Shown: one piece after another, positions 17,271 to 32,002 of the stretch
How positions within the stretch are numbered: the stretch's first letter is position 1
Layout: each line of letters starts with the position of its first letter
DNA from: Octopus vulgaris
Lineage: Eukaryota
DNA: 64,000 nt
NCBI GenBank assembly: GCA_951406725.2
Contig: OX597842.1
Coordinates: 24,242,001-24,306,000, forward strand
Direction: 5' to 3'
Notes under the pieces: model-generated
The model's input: only the letters and a program-made list of their open reading frames with translations
What the model was told of the DNA's origin: nothing
The model's database searches: none
Position numbers and translations under genes: made by a program

Positions 17271-19604
17271 AACACATATTTTCTTTTTAGTAAAAGCCTA
17301 TGTATCTGGCTAATTGGAAACAGCAGGCAGTTTTGAAAGTTTTAAATACTGCTTGTCTGAAATCGATATTAATTCTATTGTCCAGTAAACTTCGTAAATT
17401 ATGCCTAGAAAATCTGGATTTTACTTGTGGCCATGAAAAAGCACCAGATTTTTAATTACAATTATTTTAATAAATACTTCATTATTTTAGTAGATATTTC
17501 AGTGTTTTCATTTCAAGTTTTAATTTGGAAAACTGACAGTTCATTCTATTAATAAACTGGTATAATTTTAGTAAAAAATAAAATTAAGAAGTGATTTTGT
17601 TATGGTTATCTGGATTGCTATAACCTTTAGAATGATAACTATCCAAACCGATTTTGGCCATTTTCTGAACCCGAAACCATGTGGTTGGTATACAAGCTAC
17701 TTACCACACAGCCACTCCTGCGTATTGATGTTTTTTAAAAATATTTTTCTCCTATTATATTTTATGGAATGACTGGCAGAGATACCCGGCGTTGCTCAGT
17801 ATTGAAATGTCATAATTTGTGTGTATATATATATTACAATTATGTTGAAATAGGTGATATAGGAAAGTGCAGCATTGATGACAAAAAATTTGTGGAGTAA
17901 AAGATTGGCTAATTGGACTAAGCGACTTGTCATTTGTCCGAGTATTCCTTGCCCTAACCAGTCGTGGAAAATTGGGGGTGGAGGGTATGTGATTTTTTAA
18001 TGCACCGAAAAACTCAGTGGATATGTTTTCCTTTCTGGCAATTGGTCCTGCATCTAACATGACCCATCGTCTGAGGTTTTGACACCTTTGGGTTTATTGT
18101 CCTCCATCACTCATGAAGTAAATTTTGAGGACCTGTGACACATAAAAGCACCAACCGACCGTGGCCATTTGCCAGCCTCCTCTGGCTGGTGGCACGTAAA
18201 AAGCACCCACTATACTCACGGAGTGGTTGGCATTAGGAAGTGCATCCAGCTGTAGAAACACTGCCAGATCAGACTGGGGCCTGGTGCAGCCTCGTGGTTT
18301 CCCAGATCCTGGTTGAACCATTCAACCCATGCTAGCATGGAAAGCGGACATTAAACGATGATGATGAAGATGTGGTTGGTTGTTCATTTGTGGGTAACAG
18401 GGAACCATTGAGGTGACAGACTTGCCCTTCGACTGTGAATGTCAGTGTAAATCCATGTTCAACTATCTCCTTAGATGCACCAAACAATGTCATTTGTGAT
18501 GCAGGATTGTCTGATATTGTTCAGGAAATCCTTTGACTGGATGGAAGTACCTTCCAGAAGAGGTTGAGAAGGAGCTGGTAGTGCTGGCAATATTACCTTA
18601 CTGCCTGGGCATTGCATGCCATTAGTTTCATTTGGAAATTTTAAAGCTTTACAGAAACAACGATTTGAGTTTAGCACACTAATTTGGACAAAATTATCAT
18701 TTTCATAAAAATGGGATGGATTATATCTGAAAGCAGCTCCAGGATTTGTGAAGAACGCATTTATACATAGTCTGTTTGTGAGAGCTATTCTATTGGACCA
18801 CTGTCTAATCATTAAAATGTTTTAATGGCTAAGCATTAAATGCTGCAGCATGTGTTTGCTGATCTTGCAAAAGTCTCATCTCCCTTCTGTATTGAGACTC
18901 CATCTGACGTGCTGCGGCTTGCCTTTGCTCATCTTGAGAAAGTCCCATCTTGCTTCTGTCTTAAGAAGCAAGATGGAAATATTGTCCAATAATATGTAAT
19001 TTAATGTTTTACATAATATCTGAAGGAAGAGGAGCTGAGGTCTGTGTATATGTAGACATTACACAAGGTTGTATCATATGATTTTAATAACAGAATATAT
19101 TTCAAAGACAACTTAAAGGATTATATCCACAGTTTATGATTATGAAAATGTAATTATATTTTCTATTGTTAAATCTTTGCTTTTTAAGTCTTTCCTATAT
19201 CTTCTACTGTTTCTGTGTCATTTCAGAATATGAGATGTTAGTGGTATAAAGGAGTTTTTACATCAGATACATCAGGAATATTGATCATCACTTGAAGACT
19301 AATGGAAGATGTTATAAATAATACATATAACCACGTTTATATAATTTATCTATGGTGAAGAACTGTGAAAAATTCCATCTGAATTAATAGCAACATTTGT
19401 TTCCATCATTGCCTGGAATATTTGCTGAAGTATTTCCCATTCAGTCTGAACTTGGAAAAATCTGCAAAGGTGTTTCTATTACCTTTAGATATTGACAAAG
19501 ACCAGACTTGTGGAAAATATAACTAGAGAAGTATTTGAATCAACAAAGGAATATATAAGAAGAACAGGAAAATATATTTTGTGCTTGTATACTATAGAAC
19601 AATA

Positions 19605-20404
<800 letters not shown>

Positions 20405-21170
20405 CACTGTAATATTTACCTTGTTTTAAAAAGAAAAATGATTTGATATACAGCCTTTAAATACATACCATAAATCTTTGAGTGTAGTCCGCCCTTGAGT
20501 CTAATACTCAAGGGAATTTATAGGGGGCTGTACCTTTGAAAAACCTAAACCTTGTGTATAATATGCACCCCTTCTCTTACCTGAGTCAAGGAGGTCTGTA
20601 TAACGTCCTTGGTTTGTAAAAATGTATATGGTAACATCCTTTCTTATTATTGTATATATAACATAATGCAAACGTGTAGCTTTTTTGTGTATTTTGTTTG
20701 CAGAAAATAAAGAAAAAATGTTTAATAAATGTTACTTACTGCAAGTTATGGATGATTCTTTTATAACTTCATTGCTTTCAGGCTTAGCTTAAGGTATTTT
20801 CACGCCCGACATCACAAAATGCGTCTGAATAAACATTGCCGGACAGCAAATACAGACTCGGACATGCATGCATCTATTAGTTTGCATACGTGCACTCGCG
20901 CTAGATAGTCGTAGGATTGACTAATCACAACTAGCTAGCACGATGGTGCGCAGCGGGACCACTTTTCGTAAATAGTACTCGGCATCTGTAACCAGTCAAG
21001 TCGTGAGTCACTCTGGTAATTAATATATATATAACAATTATGGGTGGTTTTACATTTTCCACAATGATAGGTACTACCAGGGTGCCACCAATCGTATTGA
21101 ATATGAGAAGGCTGTTTTTCCTGAGATGTATATTAACACGCAGACATCTGTACTTCGTACAAGTTTGTGC

Positions 21171-21946
21171 GGATCTTTTCCTTTTGAACGGCATATGTCA
21201 ACACAATTTCTAGTTAACTAAACACTTTTAAACTTCGTATACTGGTAGAATGTGTTTATAAAACATCATTTTTTCTTGGCTTTATTGAGAAAATTCTATA
21301 GTTTGTAACATATTTCCACTTTAAAATCGAGCATGTCGGCAATTTTAACCAATCAAATACGTCCATTTGGAGTCAAATCATACCGTGTTGTATGAATATG
21401 TCCCTCGTTTAAGAAACAGAGTGGGTTTATTTACATTTGCAAAGAAAAAAAGATACCCTTCCCCCCTCCCTAACCCTAAAATAGATTGAAATGCAAAGAT
21501 CAATACTAGGGTTATAATTATGGGTGACAATTTCATACGACACCACTACAGAAAATGGGATTTTTTTCTAGTGGTGTCAAATGAAAATATCACCCGTAAT
21601 TATAACCCTAGTATCGATCTTTGCATTTCAATCTATTTTAGGGTTAGAGTTAGGGGTGTGGGAAGGGTATCTTTTTTCATCGCAAATGTAAATAAACTCA
21701 ATCTGTTTCTTAAACAAGGGACATTCATACAGCACGGTATGTTTTGACTCCAAATGGACGTATTTGATTGGTTAAAATTACCAAAATGCTCGATTTTAAA
21801 GTGGAAATATGTTACAAACTATAGAATTTTCTCAATGAAGCCAAGAAAAAATGTTTTATAAACACATTCTACCAGTATACGAAGTTTAAAAGTGTTTAGT
21901 TAACTAGAAATTGTGTTGAAAACTGCCGTTCAAAAGGAAAAGATCC
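21171..21946. mobile_element. Palindromic GGATCTTTTC-family MITE with 8-bp TSD
   Basis: TSD GTTTGTGC / GTTTGCGC. Truncated paralogs at 4686-5180 and 42096-42610. Confidence 0.88.
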
Positions 21947-22954
21947 GTTTGCGCTCGATATAGACAGGTGATATAAACAGTCAACCAAGTCGGGGGCCAA
22001 CTTGGTATTTAAAATACTAACAAACAGAAAGATTAAAACAAAACACGAAGGTGAAGAATCAAGTGTGAAAAATCAACAGAGACAACGGTGAACTACAACG
22101 CAGTGTGTTATTGTCATGGTAACAAGCCGTTAATGCCACGCTGTCTGTTGATTGGCTAAAATTACCCATATTTTCCTAACTTTAATGCCAAATTACATCA
22201 GATTCTTTAATTTACGAGAGAAAGTAATGGGTTGATCGTAATCAAAATTCAATGTTGCATCGATAAACCAAAATTGAAAACGATCTAAGCAAAATTAATG
22301 ATGGGGAGGGATCATTTTGCAAATAAGAAAGACTATACCAAAACATTTTAAATCTAGTAGCTATACCATCCGACTCTTTTGCTGCAGAACAAGGATCTTT
22401 TCTGTTTGACCAGCAGTTTTTTAAAATAATTTCCACGTAACTAAACACTTTTAAACTTCATATACTGGTAGAATGTGTTTATAAAACATCTTTTTCTCTT
22501 GGCTTTATTGAGAAAATTATATAGTTTGTAAGATATTTGTTGTTGTTTGTTTCTGCAATTTCAACTAATCAATGATGTCTATTCTATGCTGTATGAATAT
22601 GTCCCTCGTTTAAGAAACAGATTGGGTTTATTTACATTTGTGAAGAAAAAAATATACCCTTCCCCCCACCCCTAACAAAGATTGAAATGCAATAGACGAT
22701 ACTAGGGTCATAATTATGGGTGACAATTTCATATGATACTGCTAGAAAAAACTGCCGTTCAAACGGAAAAGATCCGATGGGAGTAAGACACACGTGTCTG
22801 ATCCCCACACCCACCACTATCTGACAAGTCGTGTTGCTTTCTTTGACATTGTGGTTCGGTACGCGGAGGACGTAAAAGTAGCAATAAAAATGTCAGCTTC
22901 TAGTTTGTATCATTTGTTATTATTTGGATTTTTTCTTACAATTCACATTTTCAA

Positions 22955-24210
22955 AAATTTACCACTTTACTTTTAGCATCAGACAAAAGTGTTATTAATA
23001 AGGGAAGTTAGTTAGTTAGTTAATTTTTGGCTCAAAAGCAAATAGCAAGGCCATGTAGGGGGACATGGAGTTAAGTACAGGGTGGTGTTCATGTAAAGAG
23101 TTCAGGCCACTTGAGGTCAAGGGAGACTTTGAACAAAGCGGTCGTCGGTATCTTCACCATCTCGTCTGGCAGCTTGTTCCACGGATCTGCAACCCGGACG
23201 GAGAAATCTCCTCTCCTTCGATTGAGATGAAATCGTCGCAGGTAGAGCTTTTCAGAATGACCCCGCAGCCGACGCTCTTGAGCAGGAGTGAAGAACAGGT
23301 CTTTTGAGAGGTTACACTTTCCGCTTATGATGTGAGCGAGAATGAGATCACCACGGCGGCTGCGTTTTTCTAGAGAATAAAGGTCGAGCGTCCTCAGCCT
23401 TTCTTCATAAGACAAATTTTTGAGACCATGAACCATGCGAGTAGCCAGCTTCTGGACTCTTTCGAGATGCTTTATGTCTTTGAGGAGATAAGGAGAAGAG
23501 GCTTGAATCCCGTACTCCAATATGGGTCTCACCAGCGTGACATAGAGTGGTAGGAATATGGCTGCCGTGAGCATTCCGAATGACCGTCAAATCAAGAACA
23601 GAATTCCGCGTGCTTTGTTGGCAGCATGGATGCACTGGGCCGAAGGCGAAAAGGAGGAATCCACCAAGATACCCAGGTCCTCTACCTGATCAGTCCTCTC
23701 CAGCAGCAGACGACCCGGCTCGAAATCAAGTTGAGTTGCAGGAGGAGAACCAACAGGCAGATGACAGCACTTTGACACGTTCAGACACAGGTCCCATTCG
23801 TTAGACCACCCCAAAATTTGGTGGAGGCATCGACGAAGATCCTCTATATCACCGTGAGGAGCGACCAGTTTGACATCGTTGGCAAATAGAAGGGTGTGTT
23901 GCGTGAGGTCGTCGGGCAAGTCATTTATGAAGACTAAGAACAATATGGGCCCAAGCACTGAACCTTGAGGCACGCCACTGCTTGCACTGGAGACGTCGGA
24001 CCGCGAACCATTAACTTGGACTTGGAAGGAGCGATCTGAGAGGAAGGCACCAACCCATCGTACAATATCCGGAAGCACAACAACCGGATTCTTAATTCGT
24101 TTCGTTGACGTTCCGTGTCGGCTTTTCGATGTGTCTTTTTCGCTAGATCGCTTATTTGTGTAATTAAAAATATTATAAAACACCGACTAATATATTATAA
24201 GAGGTAAGAT
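22955..24210 (+). promoter_or_regulatory. Promoter / exon 1 module (C2), split by a LINE
   Basis: Module halves at 22955-23007 and 24071-24210; donor GAG|GTAAGA at 24204. Confidence 0.6.
23008..24070 (-). mobile_element. 5'-truncated CR1/L2-group LINE (RT C-terminal part and 3' UTR)
   Basis: SGVPQGSVLGPILFLVFINDL..LFANDVKL and RPILEY motifs; (TAAC)n tail; GGAAG TSD. Empty sites at about 17130 and 34622. Confidence 0.9.
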
Positions 24211-27010
24211 GTAAGACATATTTTCTTTTTAATAAAAGCCTATGTATCTGGCTAATTGGAAACAACAGGCAGTTTTGAAAGTTTTAAATACTGCTTGTCT
24301 GAAATCGATATTAATTCTATTGTCCAGTAAACTTCGTAAATTATGCCGAGAAAATCTGGATTTTACTTGTGGCCATGAAAAAGCACCAGATTTTTAATTA
24401 CAATTATTTTAATAAATACTTCCTTATTTTAGTAGATATTTCAGTGTTTTCATTTCAAGTTTTAATTTGGAAAACTGACAGTTCATTCTATTAATAAACT
24501 GGTATAATTTTAGTAAAAAATAAAATTAAGAAGTGATTTTGTTATGGTTATCTGGATTGCTATAACCTTTAGAATAATACCTATCCAAACCGATTTTGGA
24601 CATTTTCATTTATAACTTAAAAACCACGGGAGGGGCCTTTTTGGTTAAAATAAAACAAGTATATATTTTCAGAGGAAAAGGTGAACAATTCAAGGGATGT
24701 TTTGCTGGTGTTTCTAGCACAACCCAAACCACCCTCCCTTTTCACTCTCACATGTATTTTTTTTTGTTTTACTTGTTTCAGTCATTTTGACTGCGGCCAT
24801 GCTGGAGCACCACCTTTAATCGAGCAACTCGACCCTGGGACTTATTCTTTGTAAGCCCAGTACTTATCCTATCGGTGTCTTTTGCCGAACCGCTAAGTGA
24901 CCGGGACATAAACACACCAGCTTCGGTTGTCAAGCAATGCTAGGGGGACAAACACAGACACACAAACATATACACACACATACAAACATATATATACGAC
25001 AGGCTTCTTTCAGTTTCCGTCTACCAAATTCACTCACAAGGCATTGGTCGGCCCGAGGCTATAGTAGAAGACACTTTGCAAAAGATGCCACGCAGTGGGA
25101 CTGAACCCGGAACCATGTGGTTGGTAAACAAGCTACTTACCACACAGCCACTCCTGCGTATTGATGTTTTTTTAAAAATATTTTTCTCCTATTATATTTT
25201 ATGGAATTAAAATGTCATAATTTGTGTGTATATATATATTATAGTTATGTTGAAATAGGTGATATAGGAAAGTGCAGCATTGATGACAAAACATTTGTGG
25301 AGTAAATGATGGGCTAATTGGACTAAGCGACTTGTCATTTGTCCGAGTATTCCTTGCCCTAACCAGTCATGGAAAATTGGGGGTAGAGGGTATGTGATTT
25401 TTTAATGCACCGAAAAACTGTCAGTGGATATGTTTTCCTTTCTGGTAATTGGTACTGCATCTAACATGACCCATCGTCTGAGGTTTTGACACCTTTGGGT
25501 TTATTGTCCTACATCACTCATGAAGTAAATTTTGAGGACCTGTGACACATAAAAGCACCAACTGACCGTGGCCATTTGCCAGCCTCCTCTGGCTGGTGGC
25601 ACGTAAAAGCACCCACTATACTCACGGAGTGGTTGGCATTAGGAAGTGCATCCAGCTGTAGAAACACTGCCAGATCAGACTGGGGCCTGGTGCAGCCTCG
25701 TGGTTTCCCAGATCCTGGTTGAACCATTCAACCCATGCTAGCATGGAAAGCAGACATTAAACGATGATGATGAAGATGTGGTTGGTTGTTCATTTGTGGG
25801 TAACAGGGAACCATTGAGGTGACAGACTTGCCCTTCGACTGTGAATGTCAGTGTAAATCCATGTTCAACTATCTCCTTAGATGCACCAAACAATGTCATT
25901 TGTGATGCAGGATTGTCTGATATTGTTCAGGAAATCCTTTCACTTGATGGAAGTACCTTCCAGAAGAGGTTGAGAAGGAGCTGGTAGTGCTGGCAATATT
26001 ACCTTACTGCCTGGGCATTGCATGCCATTAGTTTCATTTGGAAATTTTAAAGCTTTACAGGAACAACGATTTGAGTTTAGCACACTAATTTGGACAAAAT
26101 TATCATTTCCATAAAAATGGGATGGATTATATCTGAAAGCAGCTCCAGGATTTGTGAAGAACGCATTTATACATAGTCTGTTTGTGAGAGCTATTCTATT
26201 GGACCACTGTCTAATCATTAAAATGTTTTAATGGCTAAGCATTAAATGCTGCAGCATGTGTTTGCTGATCTTGCAAAAGTCTCATCTACCTTCTGTATTG
26301 AGACTCCATCTGACGTGCTGCGGCTTGCCTTTGCTCATCTTGAGAAAGTCCCATCTTGCATCTGTCTTAAGAAGCAAGATGGAAATATTGTCCAATAATA
26401 TGTAATTTAATGTTTTACATAATATCTGAAGGAAGAGGAGCTGAGGTCTGTGTATATGTAGACATTACACAAGGTTGTATCATATGATTTTAATAACAGA
26501 ATATATTTCAAAGACAACTTAAAGGATTATATCCACAGTTTATGATTATGAAAATGTAATTATATTTTCTATTGTTAAATCTCTGCTTTTTAAGTCTTTC
26601 CTATATCTTCTACTGTTTCTGTGCCATTTCAGAATATGAGATGTTAGTGGTATAAAGGAGTTTTTACATCAGATACATCATGAACATTGATCATCATTTG
26701 AAAACTAATGGAAGATATTATAAATGATATATATAATCACGTTTATATAATTTATCTATGGTGAAGAACTGTGAAAAATTCCATCTGAATTAATAGCAAC
26801 ATTTGTTTCCATCATTGTCTGGAATATTTGCTAAAGTATTTCCCATTCAGTCTGAACTTGCAAAAATCTGCAAAGGTGTTTCTATTACCTTTAGCTATTG
26901 ACAAAGACCAGACTTGTGGAAAATATAACTAGAGAAGTATTTGAATCAACAAAGGAATATATAAGAAGAACAGGAAAATATATTTTGTGCTTGTATACTA
27001 TAGAACAATA

Positions 27011-27310
27011 ATGAATCCTCAAGAGATGACAAAAGAAAGAAAAAAGTTATCACACCAATGTGATATCTGTAAAAAGACATTTTCTAATAAGGGAAATCTC
27101 ACTGTTCACAAATTCATTCATGCAGGGGGGAAACAATATCATTGTGATATTTGTGGTAAATCATTCTCTCAGAAAAGTAACCTTACCTCTCACAAATACA
27201 TTCATACAGGAGAGAAACGGTATCACTGTGATATTTGTGGAAAGTCATTCTTTCAGAAGGTTCACCTTACTTCTCACAAATACAGTCATACAGAAACCAC
27301 ATTCCTGTGA
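27011..27310 (+). pseudogene. C2H2 zinc-finger gene C2, truncated after 3 fingers
   Basis: [14 protein letters not shown] plus 3 fingers, then a broken linker, (TATATGTGG)x3 and an antisense RTE fragment. Confidence 0.85.
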
Positions 27311-27339
27311 TATATGTGGTATATGTGGTATATGTGGCT

Positions 27340-27572
27340 ATGTCCATTCCGGTATCACTGTTGATGGTGTCAAGCCAGCGGGTTCTTGGTCGGCCTCGTC
27401 CTCTCTTGCCACTGACCATTTCAAGCATGATGTCCTTCTCCAGGGATTTTCTCTGCATATTATGCCCAAAATATGCCAATCTATGCTTGGTGATCCCTGC
27501 TTCTAGTGACATTTTCGGCCTTTTCTGCTTAAGAACTTCTCCATTGGTGAGCCTCGCTGTCCACGGAATCCG
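27340..27572 (-). mobile_element. RTE-type LINE C-terminal fragment
   Basis: RIPWT..YFGH..SLEKDIML..GKRGRGRPRTRWLD; partial copy at 35003-35145. Confidence 0.85.
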
Positions 27573-27920
27573 GAAATTTGTTGATATCATTTAATTAAAT
27601 ATCAAGATACAGTGAATGGGAGACTTTTACATTTAAATCGCCCGAAATTTCGTCTAGATGTAACTTCTCCCCGTTAATTAAACCTTCAAATTAGTGCTGA
27701 AAGAAGAAATAACGTTTGATTTCATGGTAGGGGTGAAACATCAGTGATATTATAATGGCTCAGAGTTACTTCCCTTAGCATTAAACAGAAAGAAATGCCT
27801 TCAAACTTTATATTTCGTCTTTATTCCTCTTCGACCAGATCCAGCTGGAATAGCTCTCTGCTGTCTCTGATATTGCCTCTAGAGCATTGCTCATGTTCTT
27901 CCCAGAGACTGAGGGTTGTT

Positions 27921-28261
27921 GGATCTTTTCCTTCTGAACGGCAGTTTTCTACACAATTTCTAGTAACTAAACACTTTTAAACTTTGTATACTGGTAGAAT
28001 GTGTTTATAAAACATTATTCTCTCTTGGTTTTATTGAGAAAATTTTATAGTTTGTAACATATTTCGTCTTTAATTTCGAGCATTTCGGCAATTTTAACCA
28101 ATCGCTGACCTCCATTGACGTAAGCAACATTCCGTGCTGTATGAATATGTCCCTCGTTTAAGAAACAGTTTGGATGTTTTATAAACACATTCTACCAGTA
28201 TACGAAGTTTAAAAGTGTTTAGTTAACCAGAAATTGTCTGCCGTTCAAAAGGAAAAGATCC
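27921..28261. mobile_element. GGATCTTTTC-family MITE, short form
   Basis: Perfect TSD GGGTTGTT; copy at 35490-35831. Other members at 4241-4637, 16600-16908, 22393-22775, 28445-28666, 33996-34393, 36015-36234 and 42657-42823. Confidence 0.85.
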
Positions 28262-28859
28262 GGGTTGTTCCTTTAAATCGTAAGGTGATTTGCCCACAAG
28301 ATCTCTCGATCGAACTTCCATGGCTAGAAACTTCACTCGGAAATTCTGTTCCTACAAACTGGAGTATTTTTCGATCTTCCACAGGAGTGCTTCCCTTGTC
28401 CTCCTTTTAAACGGCATTCTTTGTATCAATATATAGGACAGGTACCACTTTTAGACGCAGAAAATGATTTTAGCTCAATAGAGGGCATAGGATTGGTTAA
28501 AATTCGAAAAATTAAACTACGTTAAAATTACAAATTACAATTTTCACAAGAAAGCCAAGAGAAAAAGATGTTTTATTTTGACACATTCTACCAGTATACG
28601 GAGTTTAAAACTTTTTAGTTACCTAGAAATTATGTTAAAAAACTGTCGTTCAAAAGGAAAAGATCCGTTGTTTCTCTTTCGTACGCTCGTGTTGTTGTTG
28701 TTATAGTTGTCTGAGTGAGGAATGTTGTTGTTGCCACCAACACCGCTATTGTTTACATTAATTTGAAATTTGCCAGCAAAATGGCAATGTACTATAAGTC
28801 GTTACCTTGGCCCAATTCACATTTTCAAAAGTTTATTATAGTTATAAAAAAACATTAAC

Positions 28860-29056
28860 AGTTTACCACCTTAATTTCAGCATCAGACAAAAGTGAGTAA
28901 ATACGAAGCGCACAACAACCGGATTGTTAGTTCGTTTCGTTGACGTTCCGTGTCGGCTTTTCTATGTGTCTTCCAGTAATATTTCCCGCTCGTTCGAGTG
29001 TGTAATTAAAAATATTTCTTATAAAATAGCGACTAAATTATCATCAGAGGTAAGTT
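28860..29056 (+). promoter_or_regulatory. Promoter / exon 1 module (D1)
   Basis: Module motif present; donor GAG|GTAAGT at 29050. Confidence 0.68.
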
Positions 29057-29582
29057 GTAATACATATTTTCTTTTTAGTAAAAGCCTATGTATCTGGCTA
29101 ATTGGAAAATCCAGACAGTATTGATAGTTTTAAATAATACTAGTCTGAAATCGATATTAATTCTATTGTCCAGTAAAGCACCTGGTTTTTAATTTCAATT
29201 ATTTTGGTAGATAATCCATTTGCTGGTTGTGTCCATTCAAAGCTGTTTGTTGTTTTATCACAGATGTATCATTTGCTAAACATCTGTATTTGCTGTTTAT
29301 TCTGTCAAAATGATACACGTTAATAATTCTGTCCATTTCAGCTTCTCAGAATAAATAATCTGCAACATCATAAAACATCAATAGCTAACTGAAACATGTG
29401 GCCAGTGATAGTACTATGATAAAAAGCAGATACAGCCTTTTGTAGACAGAATCAGCAAATGTCATCAACTGGCGATGGGTACTACTCTAGAAGAGCGGTC
29501 CCGGTGTGCGCACTCGCGCTTGTTAGTCGTGACTAGTAGATCCTTACTTTGTGTTTTTGTTTTATTTAATTAGTTAAAAAAG

Positions 29583-30804
29583 TCGCCTGTCGTAGCACAC
29601 GTTTTCGTCGATTTCCGTAAAAAACTTTTATTTTTTTACATAAGTAATGAGAGCGAAAGAGACTAAGATGAAGCGATTTTATGACGAGGAAATTTCTCTT
29701 TGAAGTCCCCGTGTGTGTGTTTGATGGAGTGTGGGGGACAGACAGTATGTTGTGTAAGTGAAGTGCTTCTGTTAGTGTGTGCGAAGAGACAGAGAGAGTA
29801 ATGTGTGAAAGAGAGAGATAACTGAAATTTTTTACTCGGTGTATGTGTATATGTATGTCTGCATGTATGTGTGTGTGTATGTATCTATGTATGTGTGTGT
29901 GTGTATGTATGTGTGTATGCATGTATGTATGGCCGATTCAGTGTTTACATTTTTTACGGAAATCGACAATCGATGGAAACTTGTGCTACGACAAGCAAAA
30001 CATCGCCTCGAGGCGATCTTTCGTTTGTAGTAGCATGTTTCCGTCGATGATTTCCGTAAAAAACTTTTATTTTTTTACATATGGGCTTGCGGGAACATTT
30101 AAAGTAATGAGAGCGAAAGAGACTGAGGAAGCGATTTTATGACGAGGGAATTTCTTTTGAAGTTACCGAAGCATTGTTGTACATGTGTGTGTGTTTGATG
30201 GGGTGTGGGAGACAGACAGTATGTTGTGTAAGTGAAGTGCTTCTGTTAGTGTGTGTGAAGAGACAGAGAGAGTAATGTGTGAAAGAGAGAGATAACTGAA
30301 ATTTTTTACTCGGTGTATATGTATGTGTGTGTGTGTATGTATCTATGTATGCGTGTGTGTGTGTGTATGTGTGTGTGTATGTATGTATGTATGGCCGTTT
30401 CAGTGTAATTTTTTACTCGGTGTATGTGTATATGTATGTCTGCATGTATGTGTGTGTGTGTATCTATGTATGTGTATGTGTATGTATGTATATATGGCCG
30501 ATTCAGTGTAATTTTTTACTCGGTGTATGTGTATATGTATGTCTGCATGTATGTGTGTGTGTGTGTATCTATGTATGTGTGTGTGTATATATGTATGTAT
30601 GGCCGATTCAGTGTAATTTTTTACTCGGTGTATGTGTATATGTGCTTCGGTAACTTCAAAAGAAATTCCCATGTCATAAAATCACTTCCTCAGTCTCTTT
30701 CGCTCTCATTACCTTAAATGTTCCCGCAAGCCCATATGTAAAAAAATAAAAGTTTTTTACGGAAATCATCGACGGGAACGTGCTACTACAAACGAAAGAT
30801 CGCC
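29583..30804. mobile_element. Two adjacent GGCGAT-ended foldback elements enclosing a TG-rich minisatellite
   Basis: 30012-30175 is inverted at 30643-30804. Internal repeats of about 105-125 bp (TTTTTTACTCGGTGTATG..GGCCGATTCAGTG). Not present in the D2 intron. Confidence 0.75.
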
Positions 30805-31249
30805 GGATCGACTACTTACGACTACCTAGCGCGTACTGGGTCCAGTCTTCGCTAGTAGTACCTGTGTTTTATTTACTTTGTTTTAAAAAGAAAGGCGATC
30901 TTACGGTATAAGTACCGGTGTACTTCCGGAAGTACTGGATACATTTCAAAAAGGTGTTTCTTTATATGTAGGTGGGGAGAGGAAAGGGTATCTGTTATCT
31001 TCAGAAATGTAAACAAAGTCACGTGTGTACCTATACCGAAGGATCGCCATTCTGTCCTGTCTCTACTCTTCATACGTCAATTCACAGAACACTTTCTCTA
31101 AATTAGTGACCACACCTTCAACATATGTGAGTGCAGTTTGTTTTATTATTAATAAAGTTACGAGAGGAAAAGTCATGATGGGTTGGTTCACTAAATTGTA
31201 GTTTATGTTTATGTTTGATCTGTTACAGAAGTTGTAACAATCATGAACA

Positions 31250-31385
31250 TTACATACCCTGATGTAATCTCCAGGGATACAGGCATCCAGCAACAGGACC
31301 TCCGTAATGCCATGATGGACCGTGAAGTCTGGCGTAGCATGGTAAATTCCATTGTCTCGACCACGGTTGAACAATGATGATGATA
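31250..31385 (+). mobile_element. RTE-type LINE 3' end
   Basis: DLRNAMMDREVWR followed by a (GAT)n tail. Confidence 0.65.
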
Positions 31386-32002
31386 AGAGTTTCTGTTAGG
31401 GTTAGGGGTGGGAGAAAAGGGTTCCTAACACTAGTTGAATAATAACTAAGTTATTTTACTAAATTCTTTATTATATTTAAAATAATTGAAAGAAACACAC
31501 TGAATCTCAAAAGAAATATGGTAACAAAAGGGTTACCATATTATAAATTACCATAAATAAATTTCAAAGACAAATTAAAGGATTATATCCACAGTTTATC
31601 ATTATGAAGATGTAGTTATATTTTTTTTATAGTTGAATCTCTGCTTTTTAAGTCTTTCCTATATCTTCTTCTGTTTCTGTGTCATTTCAGGAGGTGAAAT
31701 GTTAGTGATACTTCATGAATATTGATCATCTAATGGAAGATGTTATAAATATTTGACATAACTCTGTTTATACAATTTGTCTATGGTGGAAAACTGTGAA
31801 ATATATCTTCTGAATTGATGGCAACATTTGTTTCCATCATTGCCTGGAATATTTGCTCAAGTCTTTCACATTCTATTTGGAGCGGGAGATATCTGCAAAG
31901 GTGTTTGTATCATCTTCAGATATTGATGAAGATCAGAACTGCTGGAAATATATAAAAAAGGAAGCAAAATTATATTTTGTGTTTTTATACTATAGAACAA
32001 TA

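Noticed and set aside
18471-18812. 113-aa minus ORF repeated at 25940-26218
   Set aside because: No recognisable domain; the second copy is truncated and the similarity follows from the tandem duplication.
29566-30717. Cys/Val/Tyr-rich and His/Thr-rich ORFs
   Set aside because: Translations of a TG/CA microsatellite-minisatellite.
31853-32002. N-terminal extensions given by the ORF track for D1, B1, B2, C1, C2 and D2
   Set aside because: They start at non-ATG codons and are not kept in frame across paralogs; the shared MNxxEM ATG was used instead.
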